In this document: in pieces, positions 44,544-58,688 of the stretch | Layout of the letters: every line of letters starts with the position of its first letter | Position numbering within the stretch: the first letter of the stretch is position 1 | Assembly (NCBI GenBank): GCA_003427395.1 | Contig: BFEA01000043.1 | Coordinates: 372,290 to 436,289 of the forward strand | DNA: 64,000 nt | From: Chara braunii | Lineage: Eukaryota > Plantae > Charophyceae | Direction of reading: 5' to 3' | The notes under the pieces: model-generated | The model's input: the letters and a program-made list of their open reading frames with translations, nothing else | The model's database searches: none | Told to the model about the DNA's origin: nothing | Position numbers and translations under genes: made by a program

Positions 44544-46460
44544 TGTAATGAACCCAACTTCAGAAGCTTACAATCAAATCCCACATGAACACACAGTGCT
44601 CAACTCAATGATACAACCACCAAATTGGGACAGTATAGAAAGATAAGAGACCATGTGAAGAACCTGCTAAAAGCATACAGTCATCTGGACTCTTTCCCCA
44701 CCCGCCTGGACACAGTGTCACTTGCCAAGTCAACCTCTCTACAGCGCTGGCTATCCTAGGACAGCACAATGTAGCTGGAACTAGAAAGGACAATGTCAAT
44801 ATTCTGCAACAGCATGGAATCTTCTTCCTCCAAATCACAACCACATTTGCCTGCCTGAAGCTATGGTGAGCTTATCTCTCATCCCCTGATCTTACTTAGT
44901 CAAGCACAAGTGCCACACTCTCTGTATAGCACAAGCACCAACAGGATGAAGTGCTGGATGACGAACGCTGGTCTCCCTCCTCTTGGAATCTTCTTCCATG
45001 GGTAGGTATGGCCGCCAGTCAACAGGTAAGCTTCCTAGGCTTGCTTCCCAACTCCTGTCCAATGGTTATCTCGTTCTTCCTATCTCCGCTGTGACCCTCA
45101 TTTTTGTGGCGTCAGGCAAGCTCTAGTCCATAACACCCCCTCTGAGGCTTGGATGAAGAATGTGGGGCGCATGCAACCACTGGTCTTCTCTGCAGCAGCT
45201 ATGGCTGAACACTCCGGGTTGGCATTCTCTCCAGGTAAGCTTCCTCTTCACCCCAAGCCTTGGACTCTACCTCAGATCTCCCCTGTTCTCTCTCTGGTAG
45301 CTATGGTGCATCAGCACCTTCTTCAGGCTATGGCTACCACTCTCTGCCCTTCTAGTTATGGCAGCCTCTCTCTCTGACTGCCTTCTCTAGCACTCACTGT
45401 ATAGCAGCGCACTGTACCGTGTCACTGTAGCACATCACTGTAGCGCGTCACTGTGGCCACACACTGTAGAATGTGCACTGCAGAAACGGAAGGCAGAATG
45501 AATCCATGAACTGGTGCAGACCACCCTTTTATAGTGCTTGCTCGGCCTGGCGTGCCTCCATTTGCCTCCTCGAAGGGCTGAGATTTCCCAATATGTGGCC
45601 CAGATTTGCTCGGGACCAGTGTGTGCCTGGACCCAGTGGGCCTTAGAAACTTCTAGAAACTGCACTGAGCCTTTGGGGGGTTGTGTGAAATATGTGGCCG
45701 CGGTTGACTCCTGGGAAATCTTTGACTCTTCGATTTCTGGGCCCTGGTCGGGCTTGACTGTTGACTTTCCTAGAGTCCACTTGTGAATCAAGAGGCCTGA
45801 GGTGCTTCATTTTCACCCTTGACCCAATACCTATTCACCAAGGGACATTCTAGTGCCTCTTAGAGTCAGGGAAGTGACTTTTGGACCCTATAACTTTTAC
45901 CTGTCCAAAGTTTACGACCCCTAAGCATCTCTGTACGGGTTTCATATCAGTTCTAGAGACTTATGAGAGTACGTAGGACCAAAACTGTTTACCCCTGAAC
46001 TCTGCTGGGTCAAAAGCTTTGTACTTTAGACTTTCACCCTCTGGTTTTACCCCATCCTTTGACTGTGTAGGTGTCTTCATTCCAAAGAGCTTTGACTAAG
46101 ATAAGGACTAGACCATAGTCTGTCTGTAGGATTGCGGGCCATTCTGACGGACTTTGGGACCCTACAGTCCTATTTCTCATGCTTAGCCTTGACTCAGACT
46201 TTGGATGCATGTTTCTGTGCTGGATTTGAACCCGGGTCATTGCAGTGGATGCCACAGCATCGAGCCTCACTCCTCGCCTTCTTCCTCCGAACACAACAGG
46301 TGAACGGTGCAATAAATACAGCCACAGTAACTGGGTGTAGTATTCGGGGAAATACGTTAGTGGATGAGGTTGACTTATGAAACAACGAAAGAGTGACTGA
46401 TTAGATGTAGTGGTTGGGGCACAACATGTAATCTTGTCTGGTTGGCACAAGCGTCTCACA
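44544..46460 (-). mobile_element. Probable large LTR (about 1.9 kb) of a second LTR retrotransposon
   Basis: TGTAATG...TCTCACA termini, minus-strand TATA-like CTATAAAAG (45526-45534), tandem cactgtagc motifs (45395-45480). No matching TSD or partner LTR seen. Confidence 0.5.
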
Positions 46461-47870
46461 ACCTACTGATCCTACTGAGGGGTGATGGAACCCCTTCTCT
46501 GCACCCACCCCTTCCACCACTCTTTGCCAAGCCCTCTGAAATATCTAGCTGACCTTCATGGAACCCACTCTCCTGTGTGGTTTGTGCAAGTGTCTCACAA
46601 CCTAATGAGGGCTTTGGTGCAGAGAAGCGGCTCCACAGCCTAACGAGGGGTAATGGAACCCCTTCCCCTGCCCTGTGCCAAACCTTCTGCAATATCTGGC
46701 CGACCTTCGTGGAACCCCTTCTCCATGATTGCCTTCCTCACTTCTTCCGCTGAGATCGGCACATCTAGTGTTTCCTGCTGCACCTCCTGCACTTGCTCCA
46801 GGCTTGCTGATCTGGGTGTAAGGCCATATCTCCCTCCAAAGAAATCTCTTGTTCTGTAGAAAGAGATAATACTCCTTTGCATATGCCACTGTCCGCAGAG
46901 TAATGAACGCTTGTCGCCAATGCTCATTGAAGGGATGCTTGATCTCGTGTACCAGAGTAGCCCCATTTCTAACCTTCATATCAGGCAACAAGGCAGGTGA
47001 GCAGGCAGCTGTAGGCAAAGCAGCAGAGTGACATCGCAACATAAGACAAACAGGCAAGCAGCATGGAAAGACAAGACAAGCAGATGAGCAGCAAGGCAGC
47101 AGGACAACACGGACAAGGCATTTCTCAGACATACAACACCGACCAGAGCATCATCACCCATTCACACCACCATCGGAGCCAGGGGGTCACTTTGAAGAAT
47201 GCCTGTCCTCACGGGGGAACACATAGGCACACAGGCATCCTGAAGACAGCAGCCCCTCTGATGGTGCTGCGGGCATTCCATGCAAACTGGCACTGACTGT
47301 TTGGCACACCTTAAAGGTGCTCACTTAGACACAAGCACACGAGAAAGAAGTAGAAGACTGACACTGGGCAACACAGAGAAAACACTTGGAATGGAATAGA
47401 AAGTATGACTGTGTGTGTGGAAGTGTGTGGGTGTGGGTGTGTGTGGGAGTGTGTGGGTGTGTGTGGGTGTGTGTGGGTGTGTGTGGGTGTAAGTGGGTGT
47501 GNNNNNNNNNNNNNNNNNNNNNNNNNNNNNNNNNNNNNNNNNNNNNNNNNNNNNNNNNNNNNNNNNNNNNNNNNNNNNNNNNNNNNNNNNNNNNNNGGGG
47601 GGGGGGAAGTGTTGTGTGTGTGTGATGGTGTATTTGAAAGCACATTGCAGATAGCTCCACTACAACACAGTCGTACTGCGACCATCTACTTCCCAGGACA
47701 AAACCATGTACAAAGACTTGAAAACAATTCTTAATTTCTTACATAAATCTTTAGTGGACAGACCGATTGTCAGAAGGGTGGAAGACTTTCGTTTTTTTTT
47801 TTTTTTTTTTTTTTTTAAGGAGCTGCAGTTGCGAGGAATTCGAGTCTCGGCATACCTGCATGTGGCCCGT

Positions 47871-48295
47871 ACAGTAAGCATGTGCCCGTCCTAAGTGAAG
47901 GCGGCCTGAATTTGTCAATTTTGCAAAGTCATGGTGGGCGTGAGACAGTTGCCATGCCCCAGTTGGTTACATCCGCCCTGCTCGTGAAGATCAGAAACAT
48001 TCGTGAGACTTCCAGGCTATTCTGGAAACTCAGTCAAAGCAGGGCACACTTCATGTTTGTGTGTGGGTGGTTAGGCAGGCCAGAAACAGTAAGCATGTGC
48101 CCGTCCTAAGTGAAGGCGGCCTGAATTTGTCAATTTTGCAAAGTCGTGGTGGGCGTGAGACAGTTGCCATGCCCCAGTTGGTTACGTCCGCCCTGCTCAT
48201 GAAGATCAGAAACATTTGTGAGACTTCCAGGCTATTCTGGAAACTCAGTCGAAGCAGAGCACACTTCATGTTTGCGTGTGGGTGGTTAGGCAGGC
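47871..48295. repeat. Tandem duplication, 2 x about 215 bp
   Basis: acagtaagcatgtgcccgtcctaagtgaagg at 47871 and 48086. Confidence 0.9.
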
Positions 48296-49043
48296 CTAAC
48301 CAATTCCGTCCCAGGCCACTGTCTGAACGGACCTGGGCGTAAACACTTTGGCCCGACTCGAAGCTAGAGGGCACATGTGTGATCCAACCCAGCAGCATAG
48401 CAGGCAAGCACTTCCCATTTAGGAAAGAGCTCACCACTGGAAGAGGCATTTAGGCACTTGGGTGAGCATGCGGCAGCGCTGCTTGAGCGTGTGCTCACCT
48501 GCTAGCACTTGCTAGGTGCAAGAACGCGTGCGCGGTCGTGGAAGAAGGGCGCTGCAAGAAGGCAGCGCCATAGCCCAGCCCTCATAGCCGGGCTTGGGCT
48601 TGGAAGGAGGTCAGCGGGGTTCGGCAGTGGTCTTCAGTTGTTGTAGAGCCGTGGGAGGAGAAAACGAGGGTGAGCAAGAGAGGGCGAGTGAGGGAGATGA
48701 TGTGAGGGCACATACCTGGTCTTGGCTGAGGTCTGCATGATTGACATCTGCATGTACTTCGGTTGCTGCTGTTGACGTCAACTGGTTGCTTCATCATTTT
48801 GTAGGCGAGTAGTGTGGGTGTGTGATTGTAGTCTGGGCGCTGAGCGCCAATAAGAGGAAGGGATTCAATTACATTGTTGGTGGTGGCGAGTGTATGCTTT
48901 CATCATTTCATCAACGATTGAGTTCACTGCTTTGGTTGTCCTTTGGTGTAACATCAATGGACAGCTTTCGACTATCTGGCTTTCCATGTGATATTGCAAT
49001 CTGTAATTCTGTCATTTCGCTATTGCTCATTTTCCTTGCAATT

Positions 49044-49055
49044 TGGTATCAGAGC
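49044..49055 (+). promoter_or_regulatory. Orphan tRNA-iMet PBS of a decayed LTR element
   Basis: ...ttgCA-att-TGGTATCAGAGC; no recognisable gag or pol downstream. Confidence 0.5.
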
Positions 49056-50299
49056 TGGTTCGAGCCGCTCTGCTGGCTCCAGTGCAATTTCTGTTTGGTG
49101 CTTTGTCGTGGAATGGCGAGGCAGTGATAAGGCTTGTACGTTGAATTGAAGGCGGCCCTGTGTCGAGAGGCCACACCAGGAAGGCTATGTGGTGACATTG
49201 GGGTGTATGTTGGATGATGAGAGCTTGCTGACATGGCATTTAAGCCGAGGGAAGTTCAGGGAACTGGATTGTATTGTGGGTTGTGCCGAGGCACCGACCG
49301 GTCATCATAAATGCACATCAGGTTTCCTGGTGAGAAATCTGTGGTTGGGGGCAGCATTATGAGGTATGTTGCTCCTTACCTTATCTACCCTCTTCGTCGC
49401 TTCTTACCGTGAGGAAGTGAGTCCTGGTATTGAGAGTCCTCTCATTACAAGGTGTCACGAGCTCAACCTTGAGAGTCGGCATTCTTCCTGGGGAGCATGC
49501 TGATGGGAGACGGGCGTTGCCTCTGAAGGGCCCTGGACGAAGCACTTTGGTCACAGTCAACATGCCAACCCACTGGGAGTAGAGCACACATGCTTTGCTG
49601 CTTGTCCTTTGGTCTGCTTGCTGCACTGTAGAGGTTGTGTCAGGCAGGTCAGCCCTATGGGGGAGAGACGAGTACCAGACCGTCTATAAAGAGACCCCGA
49701 CGGGGATACACGACTCGCACTGTACGCAAGTATAAAAATAGTATGGACAGGGCTGGCCAGTTCTGCATTAACTTGGGGCACAGGGGTGGGCCGTGTGCAC
49801 ACCTTCAGACATGCTGCTCAACCAGGGCTTTCAGGACGTTGACGCTAAGTGACACTCAAGAAAGATTAAGGAGGAGGGAAGGTTCCAGTTAACTGCTCAA
49901 TCATTAATTATTGTTTTTATTTCCATTCAACATGCATTCCAGGCTTTTCCAGCAAATGATTTTATTTTTATTTTTGATTAGTTAGTTGTTATGGACTCTG
50001 CTGACAACTAACAGACTTTTGCAGGTAGAGTAGAAAATTATTCTTTTAAAATCTTTTTTTTTTTTTTTTTTAATCAAACCGAGCTCATTCATTGCAATAG
50101 AAACCTTGAGGCCGGGGTCCTCACAGTCTACCTGGTATATAACCATCTAGTCCTTGGATTGCTGTTGCATATTCTGCTCCTGTAGCAGCAGCTGCTGCTG
50201 TGTTTGGTGGATCAAATACAGCAACAGAAAGGACGAGACTGACCAATACAATCATCCGACCAACTGCCCTCCTACCTCGGAGGGGAGGTACCTAAAATA

Positions 50300-51586
50300 G
50301 TTCCAGCGAACCAATAATGCTCCCTCCAAACCCCTCTTGCCACTATCTACTGCCTTCCTACCAGCGGGAAAAAAAAAACGACCATCCAGGTTATTAAGCT
50401 TCACCTAGTGGACTCTCAAACAAAACACTACAAATTAACCCGGGCACTCTTTACTTAGACATAGAGCAAACCCCGCAGTTCAAAGGTTTCAACCTATTCT
50501 TCTTCTCACTAATCAGAAAAGCCTCTCTGTGGATGATCTGGAAAAGGAGGTGCGACCTGACTTTCAATGATCACCCTACTAATCACGAAAACCCCCTCAT
50601 AACTATCAAACAACTAATAGAAACTGAACTCCACGCCCTCTGGCAAAAAAACTCAGAACCAAATACAAAACGCCCCTGACAAAAAGCTCGAGAGTATTAA
50701 AAGATTTACGGTGGGAAAACTAGGAGGGGGAAAGCTAGGCAAGATAGAAGGAAACAGACTAGTCTTGAAAGACTGGTTCACTCTGCCAATCAACAGTATC
50801 CAGGTCCTAGGGAACCCTCCACTCACAACCAGACTACAATCTGAGGCGCAACACAACCACGGACCATATGACAGTCACAATGAACAAATCTAACTATCCG
50901 ACAATAAAAGGGGTCACCCTTCTTAGGTGCTACATTAGGAAGACACGCTGGAACCGGTTCTCAGCCAGTGTCTAATATGATAATGATTCCAAAACCCCCG
51001 CAGGTTAAAAGGTGGTCTAAAGGCAGGGCTAGAACTTGCCAAGCTTGCAGCGATACAACTACAAAAGTCTATCAGACATCAATAAAAAAAAAAGAAGGCT
51101 AAAACTCAGTCTAAGGCTAAAGAGCACTACAGTACATAGAAAGGTAAGGCTAGGGTCATAGATAAGGGCGCCGATGAAAGCGGAACTAGCTTTACCAGCA
51201 ATCCACACTGATCCAACAGCCATACAGCTGAGAGGAAAAGCTAAAGTCAGCCCATATAGGCAGGCCTTCAGCAACTACAAGATAGGTCCATAAGTCCGAG
51301 AGGCTTCCCAGCCCAAGAGTACGTCAAGCAGGCTAACTCAGGCAGGGGTGAAAGGTGGTACATCCTTCCTTGGGAAGTAATCAATGCTGTCTTTCGGGCC
51401 TTCCTACCGTAAGGGGGAGGAGCGTGTGTGAGTACCCATTGTATCATTGTAATCATTTCCGACTTGCCGGTGGAATAGGAACCGCACTGATGCTCCCCAG
51501 AATGGAAAAGGAGCCAGAACCTTTTTTTTTTTTTTTTTTAAAAAGGAGCCAGAACCTTACGGTTCTGTTTAAAAAAAAAAAAAAAA
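50300..51586 (+). mobile_element. LINE 3' remnant with conserved tail and poly(A)
   Basis: Decayed frame LIRKASLWMIWKRRCDLTF at about 50510-50570; shared 3' tail at 51335-51570; A16 at 51571-51586. 5' boundary approximate. Confidence 0.75.
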
Positions 51587-51589
51587 GCT

Positions 51590-53344
51590 TCACCTAGCGG
51601 CCACAGATCGATCTTGAATGTGCTGCCTTCCATCTTCACCAGATTGCCTCCGACAGCCCAGGTGGGTACAAACCATGCCAAACCGGAAGCCCTTTGTGTC
51701 ATGTCGTAGACCTCCCTTCTCCAATGCCCCTCGATTGTACGCCTGGTGTGTGGTTTGACTGAAGACTTGATGGCGGGATCGGAGATCAAATTTCCTTCAA
51801 AGACATTCTTGTTCCTGACTTCCCAGATAACGATGAAGAGACAGGCTCTCAGAGCTTGGGCTATGTAGCCCCAGCCGCTGACCAGCGGGAGCTCGTCAGC
51901 GACACCCCCAAGTAGGATCCATTTGTCATCCCTGGGGAATGCAGGTCCACTGATTATGTCCCAGTGGATCCTCCACCAGTCCCAAATTCTCTCTGAGAGG
52001 GGGCAAGAGAGCCACAGATGTGTCGTCGATTCGAATGGCCATCTGCACCTTCCACATTGTATCTCGATTGTCATCCCCCTCTGTAGCAGCCAGACAGCAG
52101 AGGGAGTGACTAGCAATGAAAGCAGCCATAGCAAGGCCGCAACACTTGGCAACGGTGCATGCTGCAGTTGCTCCCACCATCGGGCTATATCATGGATGAT
52201 TACTTCAGTGTCGAACGCAGTCACCTGAGACCACCTGTGGATTGCGACTGCATTCAGGGTCTTTGCTGTTTGTTGGAGTTCATATCCAACAGCCACTGAG
52301 TAATCTGTCAGCCCGGCTTCTTCCGAGACAAGTTTTGAGCCCCTCCAGGCCCACAGCCTGGGGTCTAACCTCAAACTTGAAGATTTGATAGGCGTGCCAT
52401 TATTCCAGAGGATGCAGGAGTGAGTACCATCCTCAGCGCAGGATTCCTTGACTCAGATCTGTGTAAGGTTGCCCAACGGAGAGTGAGCTTGGGTTGAGAG
52501 AGATGACGGATCTTCTGAGGGATCATCTCGGAAACTCAATTCGTTGCCCTAGTCGCATGTCTCCCATGCTTGAAACGTCCGAGTCCCATTCTCATTAAAT
52601 GAAATAAGCTTCCAAATGCCATTGGAGCTTCCTCCTGGTCCTCGACAAACCAGGTGCCTGGAGACTTCACCCCTTGTGGTCTGAGAAGGTAACGCCACTC
52701 CACGGGGATGGATGCAAGCAACTGTTCAAATCTGAGTTCAATATGACCCAAACGTCCCAGTTTTCCTTTGAGAGATCTAACCAAGACCCAATGTCCTGTC
52801 AAATCGTCCCAATTTCTCCCAAAGGTCCGATATTCTGATCGCCCCTTTCTCGGACCAAGATCTTCCAAAATTCTGTGTTGTGCTTCCTGCTGAGAATGGT
52901 CGTCCATTCGTGGAGCACATGGGCGGATTGTCAAACAGCGGTTGGGCCAGAACTTCTTGTTTGGACACTGGAGGAACCCCCAACCGCGGTCCTACTTTTC
53001 TCTCGGCCTTCAAGAATCCTCTCCAAAATTCTGATTTGATTTGCCTGCGGAGGAAGGAGTCCATCATACAGCATATCCACAGATCCCTGTAGCGCCGTAG
53101 ATTCCATTCTGCAACCAATATCTGTTCTGCCAGTAGAATCCAGTGTTCCTCAGTTTCAGTCTCTATTGCCTTAATGATCCATCTGGCCAACATGGCCGCG
53201 TTCTGGCGGCAGGGGTCCAGCAACCCCAATCCGCCCTCCGTATGGGGGAAGCAAATCAGATCCCAGGCCACTTTGGAAACGAAGCCAGCATCCTCTTTCC
53301 CAAATGGCTTCCAAATAAACTTCGCAGCTACCCTTCTAACTATC
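51590..53344 (-). mobile_element. L1/Tx1-type LINE ORF2 C-terminal fragment
   Basis: VAWDLICFPHTEGGLGLLD, EVLAQPLFDNP, zf-RVT CGRCRWPFESTTHLWLSC, VIWEVRN; bounded on both sides by the poly(A) ends of other LINEs. Confidence 0.88.
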
Positions 53345-56300
53345 TTTTTTTTTTTTTTAAATAAAAACAGAACCTTGCAGGTTCTGGCTCCTTTCGATTC
53401 CGGGGAGCGTCAGTCCAGTTCCTATTCCACCGGCAAGCCAGACATAGTTTACGCACGTACGCTCCTCCCCATTATGGCTGAGAGGCCCGAGTGGACAGCA
53501 TTGATAACGTCCCGTGGGGAGGATGTACCACCCCTCACCCCTGCCTAAGTTATCCTGTTTCACTTACTTGACCTGCTCTTGCTGTCCTGACTCTCTCTAC
53601 GTCTCCCTCGCTAATGTATTCCAACCAGGGGTAACAAGGCTTGTCTGTTCCTCTCAGCTATTTGGCTGTCAGGTTTTCTTTATGTGCTGGAGCAGTTGGC
53701 CTAGCTGTTTATTGTTGGTCTGGATAACCCTAAACCCTAGCAAGAGCTTTCTCTGGTGCTGCTGCTATCTGCTGTTTTGTGGGTTTGCTTTAGCGGTTAG
53801 CGCTGTTCTTCTAATACCTCTTTGCTGGGTGTATGTCCCTTGGCCTTCGGACATGAGACAATATTAGCCTAGAGAGGAAGTTAATGGATTGTCCCAGGAG
53901 GCTTGTATATCTGTCCTCTATAGGGGGACTATTAAAGGTAGAACTACTATCAGAAGGATTTTATACCGGTGTCTGCCTGTCTACTGCGTCTTTCGGTAGC
54001 CTACCGAGGCGTGGGGGCTCTTCTCTTGCACCTATGGATGTCTCTAATAGGTACGATCAGAGGTCTTGTGTTTAGTGCTTATGGGCTTGCCTTTACATTG
54101 TGTTTGGTAACTTTGGTGTGATCAGTGTTCCGGGATTCCTGTTTTTTGTTCCTACTCCTGAGGAGAGCTGTTAGTTGGTTGGTTATCCTTGTCTGTAGTT
54201 TGGCTTATTTTCTTTTGTGCTTGTAGTCTCTGTGTTATTTTGTTTTCGTCTAAGTCTTGTGTAGGTTTGTGTTTAATGGATGTTGTTTCCCCCCCCCTTT
54301 TTTTTCCTGTGTCTCTCTTCCTTTCTTACTGCTCATCTTCGATTTGTGCTTCTTCCTCCTGACTCTCCCCTGTGTTCTGCTGTTCTGTGTCCCATTCTCT
54401 AAATTGTAGGTAATTGTCTTTAATTTTTGCGATTCTCTTATTTAATATCCAATTTTCCTCAAATGCCTTTTGATTCTCTCCTTTCTTTGGGGATCTGTTA
54501 TTCTTTCTTGTTTCTTGAGTTCCTTTTTCCATTGCACTCTGATTTCTGTTTCCACTATTTCTTTCGTTTCCTTCCTTCTTGTTCCGTTGTTGTCCTCAGG
54601 TTCTTTAATGTACCTTTGCATCTTGTACGCCATATGACCCATATAGCCGCTCTTCTTAATAGGTCTGCTACTGTTCTTTCTTCTTCTTCCAGTTTTCCTT
54701 CTCCGTCTCTTGCTGAGAGTAGGTAGTTGGCTTGCGCTGGGTACGGGTTCAAGGAGATGTTAGACCAGGCTGTCCTGACTGACTCCCATAATGTGACTGC
54801 GTGTGAGCACTCAATCAAGCAGTGAATGAGGGATTCTGCTTTGTTATCTCTTCACATTTTGCAATGGGATGATTGTTCCGTCCTTTGGTCTGCCCTCCTA
54901 CGTGAGTCTAGCCATTCATTGACTGGGAGCGCCCAGTAAAGGATCAGCCACTGCAGACTTCTGAACCTAGTGGGCCTTATGCTGCTGTAGTAGTCCCACG
55001 GGATTTCAGACGGCCATCCATGACTTTCTCCTAGATGTTTGGACCATCTTTTTTAGATGACAGGACGTGGGTCCTCTGTCTTGTTCCTTATTTTGTACCC
55101 TATCTTTGCCTCATAGTCCTGCAGGTTGACTAGTTTTCTTGCTCTTCCCCTGCCCAGTTTGACATACCATCCCCACTCCGTTGGGTCCACCAGTCTCCAC
55201 CTCCAACTCTCTCATGTCCTTATTTGGTCTGAATATTAGTTGTTTATTCACATGGTTGTCGTTGCTGTCCTGAGTTTCTTTTTTCTTTTTCTGGGACCAT
55301 GTTCTGACTTTCCTGATGTTTTCTAGGTTGAATTCTAATGTTATTATACTCGCTTCTTCGATTTCGACAATTGACTTATGTTTCTTCATTAGTTCATGAA
55401 CTTCAAATTCTGCGGTGTCTCCCTGGTTTCCTAACTTCTTTTGGAATTTCAGGGCTACTGAGGGTGTTGATCGTTGCTTGTCTGTTCCCAATCCCCCACT
55501 TCCCATTTGATTTCCCCTTTTAGTATGGCTCTCCATTCTAACGAGATGCTAACTAGCATTTCCTCTAGATTCTTTTCAAGGTTGTAGGCTCCCTTGAGTT
55601 GAAGTCTCAGTTCTGGGGTCCTCTTCCATCTCTTCCCTTCTAACTATCTTAACTAGCTGTTTTCCTAATTCTCTAACTGTTACCAACAAACCAGAGGAGA
55701 GCAAAAAGGGCAACATTTGTAAGTAAAGCCCTTCCAAACAGGGACAGATGTTGCGCTGGGCCCCATATCGAAATTCGCTGCATGATTCTCTGCTGCAGCA
55801 GATCGTTTTGAAATTCAGCACACCTTCCCAGGGCCACCTGCACCCCCAGGTATCATTCAGTGCTGCCTTCCGCCACCTTTTTCATCTCCCATTCAACCAC
55901 AAGTGCGTACCTGTTTGGAAGAAAATAGATCGACTTGCTCCAATTGACAGCAGCTTCAGAATATTAGCATATTGTGCCAAACAAGCCTTTAAAGCTGACA
56001 GGGACTGAACTGTATTTTCCGAAATAGCCATGAGGTCATTGGCGAGAGCTTTGACCCTGCATTCTGTGTACTGTATCGGATGGCCCCGGATCTCCTGGTG
56101 GCTATGATATTATTGATGAGCACTTCCAACTGCAGGACAAACAGCAGAGGTGCCAAAGTGCTATGAACCTGGTTGTTTGTTGTCTCAAGACCAACACTCG
56201 CTCTCATAGACTTCCAGGTATGCCCATACATACACAGAAGGAAAGGGAGAGGATGGAAGTATCACACCGCACAGGGAGATAGAAACACAGCGGAAGACTT

Positions 56301-58688
56301 GACCATGCGATATGACAGAGTACACTGAAAGTACAATTCGCTCAACAGAATCCTCACAACCAGTCACAAAAGAAAGTCGAGTAGATCACATTCAGAAAAC
56401 AATGAAGCAAAGATAGTTTCCACACAGTATCAACACTGTTTATTAAACCCTCGTCGTCGTCGGGCTCCACGTAGAGCGCACTGGCTTCGTCTTGCAGGGA
56501 TTGATCTGTGGTGAGAATGTGGGACCTGATGATGGAGGCCAAGGAGACCGCCATGACCTCTGCCGGGCACATCTTTCCTGCAAGAGTGGTGTACGGCAGC
56601 GCTGTCACAGTGTTCCACGCTCTCCATACCAGACCTTCGTGTAATTTGGCTTTCTCGTCCAATTTCCCTATGATTGGCTCGAAGGGCTTGGCTGTGTCAG
56701 GGGCCTGGCCTGTTTTGTCTTCATTATCTGCATGGGCCGCTGGGACTTCATAAACGCCCGTTGGGAATTCATATGAGATCCCTTCTTTGATCGTTCTGGC
56801 CAGAGGCCGCTGGTCTCCCAACGTCGGGATAGTGAACGAAACATCGTTGGCTACCTGCCACTCACCGAATTTCCTCCTGTATCAGATGGGGACCAGAGGT
56901 CTGACGACTTTGATTGTTTTGCGGTCCGATGCTGCTTTCTCAGTGACATGGGGAACCCTGTTCTCCGCAACATTTCGGATTGTGCAGTTACTGTACTCTT
57001 TGTTGTGTTTCTGGCGGTACTCCTCATTCTGATCGAACAGGCACTTTGTCTGAGCAGCGACAATGGCTATCTCCCGTTTGATGGATCGTTGCTCACTGCC
57101 TTTTTCCGATGTATCAGCTTGAGATTCCCTGGGCCTCTTGTCTCTGCCCTTTGAAGGCTTCCATTTTTTTGGAACCATGTCTCTGATTGGGTCCTTGTGG
57201 GACTGTGTGTCGGCGCTGGATTCCTTTTAGGAGCCTGAGTCTTCTCTTTCCCTCTTCTTCTCGTAGTAGCGGAAAGCACTGAACTCCGATAGCTCACTCT
57301 GTTGTCTCAGGATGTCGTATGGATTCTTCGAAGTGTGGATCCCTGCTACCGCGGTCTTGTTGTTTCTGCCTGTCTTCTCTTGGTGTTTCATGCATGTCAC
57401 GCGGATGTCAAATTCTTTTTCTCTCTCGTTTCTGGCTCTTTCAAGATATTCTTGCAGCCACGATATAGGAGTCTCCCTTTCCTTTCGAGTTCTATGTCTT
57501 CTCCTTTTGGTGGAAGATATGTCCATTCCTTGCTGGGTTAGATCCTGGTCTGAATGATCCGGGCCCGTTAAGGAGGCATGAGGGTTCTGGTTCTCAGAGG
57601 GTTCGCTACCCTTAGCAGGCGTAATGCCCTTCCTTTTTTTATTTCCGCTTGGTTCGTCGTCGTTAGTCTTTTGGGGTGAGGCTTGCCTCTTGAGGGAGGG
57701 GTCAGCCTGTGGGCTTCGGCCCTCGATGATCTGTTTGGCTGTGTCCAGGATGTTGTCATAGTCCTCTGGATTGGAGAGAGAGGCAGCCGTTTGCTGTCTG
57801 ATTGACTCCAGGTCCCACATCAAGTCCTCATGCTTCTTTTCTTCCTTGATCACCCGGGAGTGGATCACTGGGTCCGGGTGGATTTTCCCTGGGATTCCGG
57901 TAATCTTTTGTGCCCCCACGTAGTGCCATTTGCTGTCTGAAGGAGGGAAGATGCCTGGCAGTTTGACCGATGGGGAGGTGTTAGTATAGATCCAGATCCA
58001 TTTGGGATCTGGGATGTTATCGTCAAAGACCCAACCGTCGTAGTCTGAGTCGTTGACGAACCAGATTCCTTTAGCTTCTTCCACCTCTACTAACATGTTC
58101 TGCCTTAATTTTTTCTGTCAGTGGAGTGTGGGATTTGGGATCCGTTCCCAGATGGCCCCTGGCTTTGCATCTAAAACAGATTGGGGGCATTTTGGTTGAC
58201 ACTGTTACTACCGTGACTTTGTCTCCAATGAGACATTGCCACTTTTCTGTGAAGATCGATGGGTCATCGGTGAGTACCTCCAAGATAGCTGTGACCGAGT
58301 CGCAGTGGGGAGCCAAGAAGTCGGGCGTGGGAAGGACCCACTTCAGTATCTTGTTGGCTGGATATTCCACTTCTAGGCGGTCTTTGATGAGGGGGTGTCC
58401 TCTAGCGGGGATGTTGTTGAATTGTACCCAGAACTGTTCCCTCACCAATCATTGTTTGTAGGAGGCAGCTGGCGAGATTTCGGCTCGTTTTGTTGTTTCG
58501 GATTTCCAGCGTGACAGGGTGCAGACAGAGCCGTGACAGTTCAGAGTCTCGCATCTTCCCAACAAGTGTGTGGCTTGAGTGGCGTCTTTGAACACCACCA
58601 TCATCATGGTTCTGCCCAAGCCGAGCAGGGAGAACTTGTCGGCATCAGTTTTTATGTTCTCCTGTTCCAGAATGGTTTTCACTATCCA
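53345..58688 (-). mobile_element. Internally deleted L1/Tx1-type LINE (ORF1 plus ORF2 remnants and 3' tail)
   Basis: ORF1 FWVQFNNIP...PPICFRCKARGH knuckle (58071-58682) continuing through 57227-58096 and 56354-56821; RT remnant LAPLLFVLQLEVL/ECRVKALANDL at about 56030-56170; HCLIECSH and AIWVIWRTRC at about 54600-54830; poly(T) on + at 53345-53358. Confidence 0.8.
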
